NCBI RefSeq assembly: GCF_006345805.1 | Contig: NC_043007.1 | Location: 36,828,001 to 36,892,000 of the forward strand | Source of the DNA: Octopus sinensis | Lineage: Eukaryota | Length of the DNA: 64,000 nucleotides | Direction of reading: 5' to 3' | Shown: in pieces, positions 51,751 through 64,000 of the stretch | How the letters are laid out: the number at the start of each line of letters is the position of its first letter | Numbering within the stretch: position 1 is the stretch's first letter | Made by a program: the position numbers and the translations under genes | The notes under the pieces: generated by a model | Databases searched by the model: none | Told to the model about the DNA's origin: nothing | The model's input: the letters and a program-made list of their open reading frames with translations, nothing else

Positions 51751-54116
51751 TTTTGCATGGCAGGAGTTGGCGCACGCATGCACACATATATGTACACATA
51801 TGCACATACATAAATATATACTTGCACACATATCACGATGGCGACGGTAACAACACCAGAGCAAAACCCCTCAAAAAAAAAAAACACTTTCATCTACACA
51901 CAGTTGCTAAGTGCAAAAGCTTCTCCAACCATTTTAAGCTAACAAAAGATCCGATAACGACGGTGTCCCTTCCAGTTCTAACTCAGTACACTTTTCTTAA
52001 GGGTCAGATCTTATCTTCAATAAGCAATTCCTAAAGTTTTCCTGTACCGCCATCTTGATCTCTATGAAAACATGCAATACTATGTATCCCGTTTCCCAAA
52101 AGGGCTCATTTTTTCTGATCTTTCCATCACCTTCCCTTCCATTGTCTCAAGTATGATAGGGTCAGTCGTGAGCAACTAACTTCTTTATAGACCTTTTTTC
52201 CCTCTCTTTTCATTTGTCCGTTCTTTACAATTTTTCATTTCCCTGAATTGGACATTTCAAGTCAGATGTCATATTATTGCAACACACGTTAACTAGTCTC
52301 TCCCCCCTCTCACTCACTCACTCACTCACTCACTCACTCACTACTCACTCACTCACTCACTCATTCGCTCGCTCACTCACTCACTCGCTCACTCACTCAC
52401 TCACTCGCTCACTCGCTCACTCACTCACTCACTCACTCACTCACTCAGTCTCTGACCTACATTCTGTCAACTCTGGAGTACTTCAACATTCGGTTATGTC
52501 TCTCAAAACTTTCCTGGAACTTTTTTACTCTTTTTTTACTCTTTTTTACTTGTTTCAGTCATTTGACTGTGGCCATGCTGGAACAGCGCCTTTTTAGTCG
52601 AGCAAATCGACCCCAGGGCTTATTCTTTGTAAGCCTAGTACTTATTCTATCGATCTCTTTTGCCGAACCGCTAAGTAACGGGGACGTAAACACACCAGCA
52701 TCGGTTGTCAAGCGATGTCGGGGGGGGGGCAAACACAGACACAAACACACACACATATATATACATATATACGACGGGCTTCTTTCAGTTTCCGTCTACC
52801 AAATCCACTCACACGGCTTTGGTCGGCCCGAGGCTATAGTAGAAGACACTTGCCCAAGGTGCCACGCAGTGGCTATGCATACATGCACTTATATTTGTAC
52901 ATTTATACATGTATACGTGCATACACATAAAAATACATATGTATGTATACGTACATCAACACGTACAGATCTACACACTCAATGACATTGTGCGTGCACG
53001 CACGTACATATATGGGTAGATATATATGTAGATACATATAAGAGTGTGGAGGCGCAATGGCCCAGTGGTTAGGGCAGCGGACTCGCGGTTTCGATTCCCA
53101 AACTGGGCGTTGTGAGTGTTTATTGAACGAAAACACCTAAAAGCTCCACGATGCTCCGGATGGTGGTGATCCCTACTGTACTCTTTCACCACAACTTTCT
53201 CTCACTCTTACTTCCTGTTTCTATTGTGCCTGTAATTCAAAGGGCCAGTCTTGTCACACTCTGTGTCACGCTGAATATCCCGAGTACTACGTTAAGGGTA
53301 CACGTGTCTGTGGAGTGCTCAGCCACTTACACGTTAATTTCACGAGCAGGCTGTTCCGTTGATCGGATTAACTGGAACCCTCATCGTTGTAAGCGACGGA
53401 TTGCCAACAGACATATAAGACTATATAGTTGGTGTTGGCCAAAATCAAATGAAATAGCTTTGTTTATTAGTTGGCAGCCGGCTTCTTCTCTATTGGAAAT
53501 CTGAAGATTAACTGGCACTCCGTCAATTACGACGACAAGGGTTCCGGTTGATCCGATTAACGGAACAGCTTGTTCGTGAGACAAGCGTTGAAATGCTTGT
53601 GCATTCCCTTCACATACTTCTCAGGGAGATTCAGCGTGACACAGAGTGTGACAAGCCTGACCCCTTGAAATACAGGTACTACTCACTTTTGCTAGCTGAG
53701 TGGACTGGAGCACCGTGAAATAAAAAGGTCTTGACCAAGGACACAACGTGCCGCCAAGAATCGAAATCGCGATCCAACAATTGCGAGCCGAATACTCTGA
53801 CCACTTAGCCATGCGCTTTCACGATTAAACCCCAAACAAGGGACGAGCTGACAGAACCGTTAGCACGCCGGGTGAAATGCGCAGCCGTATTTCGTCTGCC
53901 GTTACGTTCTGAGTTCAAATTCCGCCGAGGTCGACTTTGCCTTTCATCCTTTCGGGGTCGAAAAAGTAAGTACCAGTTACACACTGGGGTCGATATAATC
54001 GACTTAATCCGTTTGTCTGTCATTGTTTGTCCCCTCTATGTTTAGCCCCTTGTGGGCAGTAAAGAAACAGATATAAACCCCAAACAGATAGAGATATAGA
54101 TACACAGGTGCACGTG

Positions 54117-54186
<70 letters not shown>

Positions 54187-54385
54187 CGTAAACTTAATGA
54201 TGGGAATTTCAAGTTCACAAGTCGCTCCAGACAAAGTTCCCGGTGCCATACGCCCCCTACTTATAACCATATAACCATAATGTGACCCAGCATTTTTACC
54301 TCAACTACTACCGCTTTATTCAATAGAAATACCAAAAGAAATTGAAGGGGAAAATGATTCTATAACATTCAAAATGAACTTAGAC

Positions 54386-54621
54386 AAATTTTGGCGATCT
54401 TTCGGTACAAGTAACATAACTGTCAATTATAATCCCACGTATGTTTATTTACATCTCTGAAGAAATATGAAACCCTTTCCCTCCACCCCTAACCCTAACC
54501 CCAACCCCACATATACATAAAAAAAAAAAAACTTTACGGAAAGTGACGATTTTCTTTTTCAAATGTATAAACAAACTGACTTGGCAGTTATGGTACTTGT
54601 ACCGAAAGATCGCCCAAATTT
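54386..54621. mobile_element. MITE with ~41-bp TIRs and an internal (CCCTAA)-like tract
   Basis: aaattttggcgatctttcggtacaagtaacataactgtcaa versus the reverse complement of ttggcagttatggtacttgtaccgaaagatcgcccaaattt (3 mismatches). Confidence 0.8.
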
Positions 54622-55560
54622 TTCCCCAGAAACACTAGAATAAACCGCCGACGCTCAGATAAATTTCGGTCAATAAACTCCCCACTTGAGTGGGTTACAG
54701 TGTCCGAAAACATGACTTCAAAAAAAGACTTCCCTGGGTGGTGCTGTTTTAAGTTCGACACAGTTTGGGCGCAAAATGGCCGGGACCTGTCTAAAGTATA
54801 TAAATCAAGTTAAGGCCACAGCCTCTGGCTGCATCAAATAATAAAATAATTGAGTATATATGGAAGCACTCCGTCGGTTACGAAGAAAAGGGTTCCGGTT
54901 GATCCGAATCAACGGAACAGCCTGCTCGTGAAATTAACGTGTAAGTGGCTGAGCACTCCACAGACACGTGTACCCTTAACGTAGTTCTCGGGGATATTCA
55001 GCGTGACACAGAGAGTGACAAGGCCGGCCCTTTGAAATACAGGTACAATAGAAACAGGAAGTAAGAGTGAGAGAAAGTTGTGGTGAAAGAGTACAGCAGG
55101 GATCACCACCATCCCCTGCCGGAGACTCGTGGAGTTCTTTTAGGTGTTTTCGCTCAATAAACACTCACAACGCCCGGTCTGGGAATCGAAACCGCGATCC
55201 TATGACCGCGAGTCCGCTGCCCTAACCACTGGGCCATTGTGCCTCCACTGAGTATATATATATGCACACACAAAACCTAACCACGTTCACACACACACAC
55301 ACACACACTCACAAACACGCGATACAGAGTAATGAAGCAGCGTAAATGAAGAAAACTAATCCATCCCGAGGGGGAAAATGTTTAAAAGAAAAACAAACAA
55401 ACAAAGAAAAAAAACAAACAAACAAACAAATAAAGAAAAACATGTAAAGACAGCTATCTTGTATTTGAACTGGAAAAAAATTAGAGGAGGGGAGGGGGAA
55501 ATGTCAGCGAATGAACATGAACAAACAAGCAACTGAAGTCCACATTCTTCTTATAAACTG

Positions 55561-55608
<48 letters not shown>

Positions 55609-56427
55609 CACATACACATATACACACATGTACAGTTATACATACATACACACACATTCACATATATACAGAGAGAAAGAGAGAGAGAGAGAGGATTTAT
55701 ATATACACGTATATGTATATGTACGTAAAGATCAAAGAAGTCTAATTCAGTCGCTTGTTATATCAGGTGTGTATATGAGTTCGCTGCTGTTGTCTTTTAA
55801 CTTTCAATTCTCGCAGTTCAAATGCAAAATAACTTTTCAAATGCAAAATAACAAAATCCCCGAGTATAATCCGCACTTTTTCCCCAAAATTTAAAGGTCA
55901 AAATCCCTAGTGCGTACTATATACGAGGTTAAAAACGAAAGATATTTTCTAAGCAATGTCCAAGTCTCTATTTGCTGTCTGGCTATGTTTATTCAGACGT
56001 ATTTTGTGATGTCGGGCGCGAAAATACCTTAAGTTAAGCATGAAAGCAATGAAGTCATAAAAGAATCATCCATAACTTGCAGTAAGCAACATTTATTAAA
56101 ATAAAAGTATTCAGAACACAGAATAACATGTAACAAAAACATGTTGAAGTAATCCCACTTCTTGTTTAATTGTGTATGTATGTATATATATAAGATGATG
56201 GACTCTCTCGTCGAAGACGACACATGAATGTTCAGCTTTTGCCGAACGACCTGCAGAAATGATTTGTTTATAGTGGTGTACATACATACATTCATTCATA
56301 CATACAAACATACAAACACAAATTTGTGTGGTAAGTTGCTTGCTTACCAACCACATGGCTCCGGGTTCAGTCTCACTGCGTGGCACCTTGGGCAAGTGTC
56401 TTCTACTATAGCCTCGGGCCGACCAAA

Positions 56428-56527
56428 NNNNNNNNNNNNNNNNNNNNNNNNNNNNNNNNNNNNNNNNNNNNNNNNNNNNNNNNNNNNNNNNNNNNNNNNN
56501 NNNNNNNNNNNNNNNNNNNNNNNNNNN
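56428..56527. other. Assembly gap (100 N) inside a family A SINE
   Basis: SINE body on the left (gaccaaa) and SINE tail on the right (caagtaaaagag). Confidence 1.
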
Positions 56528-57204
56528 CAAGTAAAAGAGTAAAAAAGAGTAATATGTTCGTATACATATACATTTGACTTCTTTATCAAAAGGTAGTAAT
56601 ATATTTATTCAGTGACATACTATACAAAACTGTTATTTTTCGAGGAGTTTGTTTAACAGATGCCAGTCCAATTAATAAAAATAGATATGAAGATCGTAAA
56701 AATATTAACAATAATGAATTGGTTAAGGGAATTATTTTGCACAAGAAGTAGAGAGGTAGAGGTAATTTTATAGTTTCACAAACAATCTTTCGGTTGACAT
56801 TGTTGTAAGAAACAGATTAGTAATAAAAAAAAAAAAGAAAAAGAACTATTGATTAAAAATCAAAGATTTAAGATTTAGTTGCTTGTCAAATCATGCACAT
56901 TCGCTGAGACATACACACAATATGTAAGTATATATGCATATGTGTACACACACACACACACACCACACGGATGGTCTTTTTTTTGCTAAATGAAAACAAG
57001 CACACGTTCTTCACTTTAGGTTTATTATTATTTTTTTTTTAAAGTGTCCTTTGTCTGAAATCTTTCGTTACACTTCCTGTGACCTCTTCAGTGACTCTCC
57101 ATCCCACGTGTTTCCTCTTGTCCTATTAAATCTATTCTACAGATTTTCTTCTTTTTATATTTTAATATAAATTTTACCCGTGGTGAACCCACTTAACCAT
57201 TTCA

Positions 57205-57247
<43 letters not shown>

Positions 57248-57262
57248 ATATAATACACACAC

Positions 57263-57331
<69 letters not shown>

Positions 57332-57719
57332 CATACATAGTTATTATATATAATATATAATATATATATTATATATATATATCTATATATATATACACAC
57401 ATATGAATCATGACAACCAAACATTTATATCATTTGTTCCTACGTACGTTTCACCGTTGTGGTTGTTTGGAACGGTGGCTTATGGGTGTCAGCAATTTTG
57501 GGGAATTCAGTGTTCAGGTGGTATTTTATTAACCAAGTAAGGATGAAAAGCGGAATTTGAACTCAGATCGTAAAGACGGACGAAATACAGCTAAGCATTT
57601 TGTCCGGCGTGCTAACGATTCTGCCATCTCGTCACCTTATATCGATATACACACACACATATGCACACACACACACACCACACACACACACACACACACA
57701 TATATGTATATATGTAGTG

Positions 57720-58140
57720 AGTAGCGATTTCCTTCACTACTTCAGGGAGTGACGACCCTGCCTGACACGAGTCTCAGGCTCAGCTGGCTCCGGCTGACAG
57801 TACCCGGTATGGGCCCCTATCCAGGCTTACGGAAAGGAGACAACCTTCAAAGAAATCTGGAGTGGAGGCGGTTTAGTGTTCGACTCGACACTCTTCCGGC
57901 AGCTCCTGCAACCAAACTGGTGCCAAACGTAATGGTCTGCACTCCTTTGGACTACGTTAGCAAGGTCGAGAGAGGAATCCTGACTATTGGGCTACCCAAG
58001 GTTTTCTTACACCTTGCCCAGGCCTGCGCAAAACTGGAGAGGAATCTGGAGAGGAGATGAAATGTAAAATCCAGACTGGATTAGTTCATGCGTAACTCCA
58101 TTATCTCTCGAGACAAAAGGATGCCAACAACAACAACAAC
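57720..58140 (+). mobile_element. Probable non-autonomous LINE-derived repeat ending in (AAC)n
   Basis: GC-richer block ending ggatgccaacaacaacaac; style resembles RTE UTR derivatives; not firmly identified. Confidence 0.35.
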
Positions 58141-58203
58141 AACAACAATACACACACACACACATACACACATATATATATATATTGTATATGTATATGT
58201 ATA

Positions 58204-58240
<37 letters not shown>

Positions 58241-58739
58241 ATATATATATGTGTGTGTGTGTATGTGTGTACATTATAAATTTAGGGGAATGGAGCAGAT
58301 AAACTCCAGGCTTTATATGTTTCATAGCTAGCGAAACCTCGGAAGTAGTAATTACCCAAACGAGGAGTAACCACTAGCTACCCGTCAGGCCAAAGATATC
58401 TTAGTCAAACGAAGGTTACATTGTCGTCAAGGCGACTCATGTTAACTCGCAGGAAATTTGGTCGAAAAGAGTGGAAAGCACAAAGTGAGAGAAGAAAAGG
58501 GAAACATATTTCAGTTCTATATTTGAGAGATGAGGAATTCTGTACAGGTGTTGAAGTTAAAACAATAGATAGAGAATACCACTGGAAAATAGGACAACTA
58601 AAAGAAGCAGGACATATGCTAGGACATAATAACCTCCTAAGCAGACCGAGTGTAGATATGAGTAAAAAAAGGGAACCAGTATTAAGGAAGGATAGGAAAA
58701 TATTAGATTTATAAGTCATAAAATTCACTCCATAATTCC

Positions 58740-59090
58740 CTACGGGCATATGGCGTAGTGGTTACTAACCCCGAGAATCCGAGTTCGATTCCAGGCAGTG
58801 ACCTTAGGAATGAGAATATAAGAGTGTTAGTAAATTAGAATATATTAGAAGGGAGGCGGGAGAGGAGGTGTAAGCTGGATATAGATGTTTCCCCCAGTTG
58901 ATTTCGCAGCCTTTAACACAGAAAAGACAATTTAATGTAGCCTGATCCATTAAAGGAACGTTTTTAATGAATATCACCGGATTAGTTAAATTCCAAAACA
59001 CCTAATGAAGGCTGGAGAGTATATCAGCCGAAACGTCGTGTTAATAACAAACAAGATGAGGACAAATATCCGTCAAATGTAAACAAGGAA
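58740..59090 (+). mobile_element. tRNA-headed SINE-like element carrying a hammerhead ribozyme fold near its 3' end
   Basis: A box TGGCGTAGTGG at 58751-58761, B box GAGTTCGATTCC at 58781-58792, hammerhead at 58997-59042. Body is repeated without head or ribozyme at about 59775-59900. Confidence 0.75.
58997..59042 (+). ncRNA. Minimal type-I hammerhead ribozyme (core G5->A variant)
   Basis: aacac-CUAAUGA-A-ggcug(gagaguauau)cagcc-GAA-ACGU-C|guguu: 5-bp stem I, 5-bp stem II, palindromic ACGU stem III, GUC cleavage triplet. Confidence 0.75.
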
Positions 59091-59899
59091 ACATATTTGT
59101 GAAGAAATAATATATAGGCGTAGGAATGACTGTGTGGTAAGTAGCTTGCTTACGAACTACATGGTTCTGGGTTCAGTCCCATTGCGTGGCACCTTGGGAA
59201 AGTGTCTTTTACTATAGCCTCGGGCCGACCAAGGCCTTGTGAGTGGATTTGGTAGACAAAAACTGAAAGAAGCCCGTCGCAGATATGTGTGTGTGTATAT
59301 ATATACACACATACAAACACACACACACACATACACACATATATATATATATGTATGTATGTGCGTGTATATGTTTGTGTGTCTGTGTTTGTATCCCCCA
59401 TCATCGCTTGACAACTGATGCTGGTGTGTTTACGTCCCCGTAACTTAGCGGTTCGGCGAAAGAGACCGATAGAATAAGTACTAGGCTTACAAAGAATAAG
59501 TCCTGGGGTTGATTTTCTCGACTAAAGGCGGTGCTCCAGCATGGCCACAGTCAAATGACTGAAACAAGTAAAAGAGTAAAAGGGTAAAGAGGAACGAGTA
59601 AATGCGTAAATTTGTTCAGGAAAAGAATAAGAATACGAATAAAGAAAAAGAGAGGACGAAGAGTATTATTGAAGTTGGCTTGGAGAATTGGGATCCTTTA
59701 TTGGGTCAACTGTAGAATGAGTAAGTAAATATACTGTGGCACCCTATGTATACATTTAAACAGAGTCAGAAAGAGAGAATATAAGAGTGGTAGTGAATTA
59801 GAATACGTTAGAAGGGAGGCGAGAGAGGAGGTATAACATGGATATATATGTTTTCCCAGTTGGCATCCATCTAATTTCGACGATCGTTTCGCAGTCTTT

Positions 59900-61640
59900 A
59901 ACACAGAAAAATGATTTATGGAATAGCATGAAATGCTGGAGAACGGAATTGACAGCAGAGAATCAAGTATTAGGAGAGGTGAAAACCAAGGGAGAAATCT
60001 TCCAGGAGGACAGTGTCCCCCTGCTGATCTTCGTGCTGGGAATGATCCCCTTGAGTGGAATACTACAGAAGACAAAGTTGGGGTATGATCTGGAAAGAGA
60101 TAAGGGAAAACTAAACCACTTGCTATTCATGGACAACCTGAAGCTATTCACAAGAACTGAGGCTGAACTGGACAGCCTAGTCCAGTCTGTGTGGATTTTC
60201 TCCAATGATATTAAGACGGAGTTTGGTCTCTCAAAATGTGCTACCATGATGATGAGACGAAAAAAGCTTGTCAGGACAGAAGATATATGGCTGCCAAGTG
60301 ATGAAATGATGACAGCAATTCAACCTCAATCCAGGTATAAATAGCTGGGGATACTTCACGTAGATGGAATCAAACACAACGACATGAAGGAAAAGAGTAC
60401 CTGCGGCGAATGAGAAAAATATTGGTTTCGAAGCTGAATGCCAGAAGCATAATTTCGGCAATAAACTCGTGCGCAGTTGCAGTAGTTCGGTATGGTGCTA
60501 GAATCTTGAAGTGGGCATAGGAAGAGCTAAAGGATATGGACAGGAAGTCAAGAAAGCTCCTAACGATGCATGGAGCCCATCATCCGCGTGCAGACACTGA
60601 TAGCCTATACATGAAGAGGGCAAATGAAGGAAGAAGACTGATACGCGTGGAAGACTGCATGCGTATTGAACTTGAGAGCTTAATGAGATACCTAGTCCAA
60701 AGGAAAACTTGCCAGAGACAGTTAGGAACGAGGAAGTATTGAAAGCAGAGAAAAAAAGGAAAAATAAAAGAAGTACAAAAAGAACATAAAGAAGAATTAT
60801 GCAAGAAGGGATTGCCCAATCAATTTCATGTAGCCGCAACAGAAGTTGCTGGAACAAATAGGTGGGATTGGCTGATGAAAGGAACACTGAGAAAAGAGAC
60901 CGAGAGCACAATACGGACAGCGTAAGACCAAGCTTTGGCCACGAGCTGGAGGGTCAACCTTAGGAATGAGCAAGTGTCTCCGCTGTGCCGCATCTGCAAT
61001 AGAGTGGATGAAACCATTACCCATATAACGGACGGATGCCTTAGACTTGCTCCAAACCACTACAAGTTGTGGCGACACGATCAGGTAGCGAAGGTGCTAC
61101 AATGGAAACTGTGCGAAAAGTGAGGGCTAGAGAGAGGCAAGACATGGTATGAACATAAACTGCAGAGAGTGGCGGAGTGGGGACCCTTGCAAAATTCTCT
61201 GGGATTTCCCAATCCAAACAGATCAGGTGCTAGGGCATAACGTAGTGGTGGTTGACAAAGTGCACCACATATGCTATATAGTTAATGTTGCGTGCCCCTT
61301 TGACCCACGAATAGTCAAGTAGGAAGGCGAAAAGATAGATAAATACAGCCACCTTAAGAACGAAATAGCTCGGCTATAGAAAATGAAGAAGGTGAAGATA
61401 GTACCAATTATTGTTGGGTACTTGGGAACAAAAGGCATCAAGGAGAATATGTATCAAAAGGCATCAAAGATAATATAAAAGAAATTGGAATAGAGGGCCC
61501 AGTAAAACTGTTACAAAAGGTTTGCCTCCTTGGCACAAAGACCGGCTAGCATGGTACCGTAGGCTGCAAGTAGCAAGTCCGCTACGCATGCAAGGCTCCA
61601 GGAGCTCCAACAAAACCTGTGATAAAGAGAAGTAATAAAA
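59900..61640 (+). mobile_element. 5'-truncated R4/Dong-like LINE (RT C-terminus, CCHC zinc finger, restriction-like endonuclease)
   Basis: EIFQEDS.PLLIF, NHLLFMDNLKL, FGLSKCA, MDRKSRKLLTMHGAHHPRADTDSLY, CRICNRVDETITHITDGC and VVVDK..NVACPFD..EKIDKY; multiple stops. Confidence 0.9.
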
Positions 61641-62519
61641 ATTTAAAAAAAAACAATAATAATCCTTTCTACAATAGACACAAGACCTGGAATTTGAGGG
61701 AGAGGGGTCAGTCAATTACATCAACTCCAGTGCTTAACTGGTACTTATTTCATCGCCCCCGAAAGGAAGAAATGCAAAGTCGACCTCGGCAGAATTTGGA
61801 GTCAGAACATAAAGACGGACGAAATGTCGCTAAGCATTCTGCCCGGAGCGCTAGCGGTTCTGCCAGCTTGTACACAAGGCCAGTAATTTCGATTACATCA
61901 ATCCCAGCGTTCGACTGGCACTTATATTATCGGCCCCAAAAAGGTGCAAAGCAAAGTCGACCCCGGCGGAATTTGAACTCCAAATGTAAAGACGGACAAA
62001 ATGCTGCTAATCACTTTGCCCGGTATACTCTTTTACTCTTTTACTTGTTTCAGTCATTTGACTGCGGCCATGCTGGAGCACCGCCTTTAGTCGACAAATC
62101 GACCACGGGACTTATTCTTTGTAAGCCCAGTACTTATTCTATCGGTCTCTTTTGCCGAACCGCTAATTTACGGGGACGTAAGCACACCAGCATCGGTTGT
62201 CAAGCAATGCTAGGAGGACAAACACGGACACACAAACACATACACATACATATATGTATATATACATATATATGACAGGCTTCTTTCAGTTTTCGTCTAC
62301 CAAATCCACTCACAAGCATTGGTCGGCCCGGGGCTATAGCAAAAGACACTTGCCCAAGATGCCACGCAGTGGGACTGAACCCGGAACCATGTGGTTGGTT
62401 AGCAAGCTACTTACCACACAGCCACTCGCAAAAAAAAGAAAAAAAGAAAAAGAAAAAAAGAAAAAGAAAAAAAGGAAAATGAAGAAGAAGCATTTCTTTT
62501 ATTAGCCAAAAGGGCACAG

Positions 62520-63075
62520 ATGAGGGGGACATCACATAGACAGACAACAATTTACGTGAGGATTTACATAAAGGATGTGGAGAAAGAAATGGAAAAGACG
62601 CTGGAATGCGATGAACGTAAACAAAATATGTGATAACCAAGAGAAACTCCAGCTAAGGCCAATCAAGGAACCCCACAGATCCAGGATTACCCTGACCACC
62701 AAAGCAAGAGCCCTCTCGCAACTGTTTTTATCCAACTTGCAGGTGCATGCTTACAGTATCTCTAATCCTTTTTTTTCAGTCACCCATCTTTTTACAAATT
62801 CACTGGGAGCTAGCACTTCCCTCTCCACCCTCACTTTCTTTTCCAAGTGGAACTTAAAAAAAGCCGATGAAGGCTTGACCGAAGAGGAAGGTGTCTTTCC
62901 TTAATCCTTCCAGCCTCGTCCACCACACAACCTCTTTCGCTATAGCCACTAGACAGAGGAACACCGCCTGTCCGGCCTTGTTTAAAGATGGTTAGTGAGG
63001 AGATCTTCACGATTAATTCAACCGATAGTCATATTCCTCCCACATGCAATAACAGCTGTTCGACATAACTCCACA
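62520..63075 (-). mobile_element. L1/Tx1-like LINE 3' remnant
   Basis: FLCLVAIAKEVVWWTRL..FF.FHL.KKVRVER..F.KRW motif on the minus strand; homologous to the 29.3-32.0 kb remnants. Confidence 0.7.
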
Positions 63076-63518
63076 TGTCAGTGCATCATAATTTTACTGC
63101 ATTTAGATTCTGCCAAAGAAATTCTATGGATAAAAAAATTTCCCGTTTTATCGATAGTCCATCAAATCTAAAACAAAAAGGAATCCGATCAAAAAATAAA
63201 AAAATTGAAAATATTCTCCTCAAAATAGATAATCATTTAGCAGAAAATAAGAAACAAGTAACAATAATTTGTGTATTTGAACTGGATATTAAGGGAAACA
63301 AATGAAGTAGCAATAGAAGGAACATAAGAAATAATAGATAGACTAGCATTCCAAGCATTTCACAAGTTAAATTATTCAGCAAAAATATTTTTTCCTTCAC
63401 TCATACAAAAAAAATATTGAAAAGAATCAAGCGATAAATTTTCAATCATTAATCCGCTATTATCTTAGATTTATCAACGTAACAACACTTATCGGACACG
63501 GAATTAGGTTAACAAATA

Positions 63519-63659
63519 CAATAATACTTCACTTTACGAGGGCACGGTTTACGAGACTCCGGTTTTACGAGTATTTACGAGATTTATTTTTTGTTTATGA
63601 GTTTTCGCTTTGCGTGAGTTCTCCGAGTGTGAATTAACTCGTATATTGAGGCATTACTG
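63519..63659. mobile_element. Tigger/pogo-like MITE
   Basis: TA-flanked TIRs caataatacttcactttacgag / ctcgtatattgaggcattactg; internal repeats of ttacgag. Confidence 0.7.
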
Positions 63660-64000
63660 TACTTTGTAAAATATGTTCTCTTACGAAAAGATTGTATGAA
63701 ATCGCCTTTATTTTTGCTCTTCTAAAGACTGTTCAAGGAACTTTATGGTATTATGTGTTCCAATGCAAAAATAAAAAGCCTTAGAGAGACGACATTTCAA
63801 AATTGGTTCTAAAATGGCTACCAAAGTTGTAGGCGTACAGTGTATTGTACAATAAGATCTTCCAATTCATGGAGGCTTTAAAAAAGATTTAGCAACTGAA
63901 ACATTTAACTGTTCTTTCTCTGGATTACTATCTCCTTTCTTCATTTTAGTCTTCTGCGTTTGTTTTAGTTTCTTCATTAATATCAGAAGCATTATAACAC

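Noticed and set aside
58421-58714. 97-aa + strand ORF (MSSRRLMLTRRKFG...)
   Set aside because: No recognisable motif or splice signals; cannot be supported without a search.
63075-63460. AT-rich coding-like stretch with LAFQAF motif vaguely like NACHT-associated helices
   Set aside because: Multiple stops and frameshifts, motif order inconsistent, and low complexity makes chance resemblance likely.

Overview
AT-rich, microsatellite- and transposon-dense animal genomic DNA; the SINE families and repeat landscape suggest a coleoid cephalopod such as Octopus (inference). The only host gene I can support is a minus-strand CDKL1/4-type CMGC kinase. Seven coding exons (28567->3621, 801 nt, 267 aa) splice in frame through canonical AG/GT sites, but I found neither the ATG/Gly-loop exon nor the terminal exon(s). 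The rest is introns or flank packed with tRNA-derived SINEs, LINE remnants (CR1, RTE, L1/Tx1-like, R4/Dong-like), Penelope GIY-YIG fragments, a Gypsy remnant, DNA transposons (DD37D/maT, Tc1, mariner, hAT, Chapaev3), Helitron-like non-autonomous elements and MITE/foldback hairpins. Highlights: (1) a tRNA-headed SINE-like element ending in a minimal type-I hammerhead ribozyme fold, plus three more degenerate hammerhead cores, one on the sense strand of the CDKL pre-mRNA; (2) inverted repeat pairs that bracket CDKL exon blocks (circRNA/ADAR candidates); (3) a 1.3-kb modular foldback element; (4) a recurring identical SINE multimer junction; (5) a 129-bp templated insertion copied from 3.3 kb away. 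No computation or database search was run. Exon coordinates were counted base by base; repeat boundaries are approximate.
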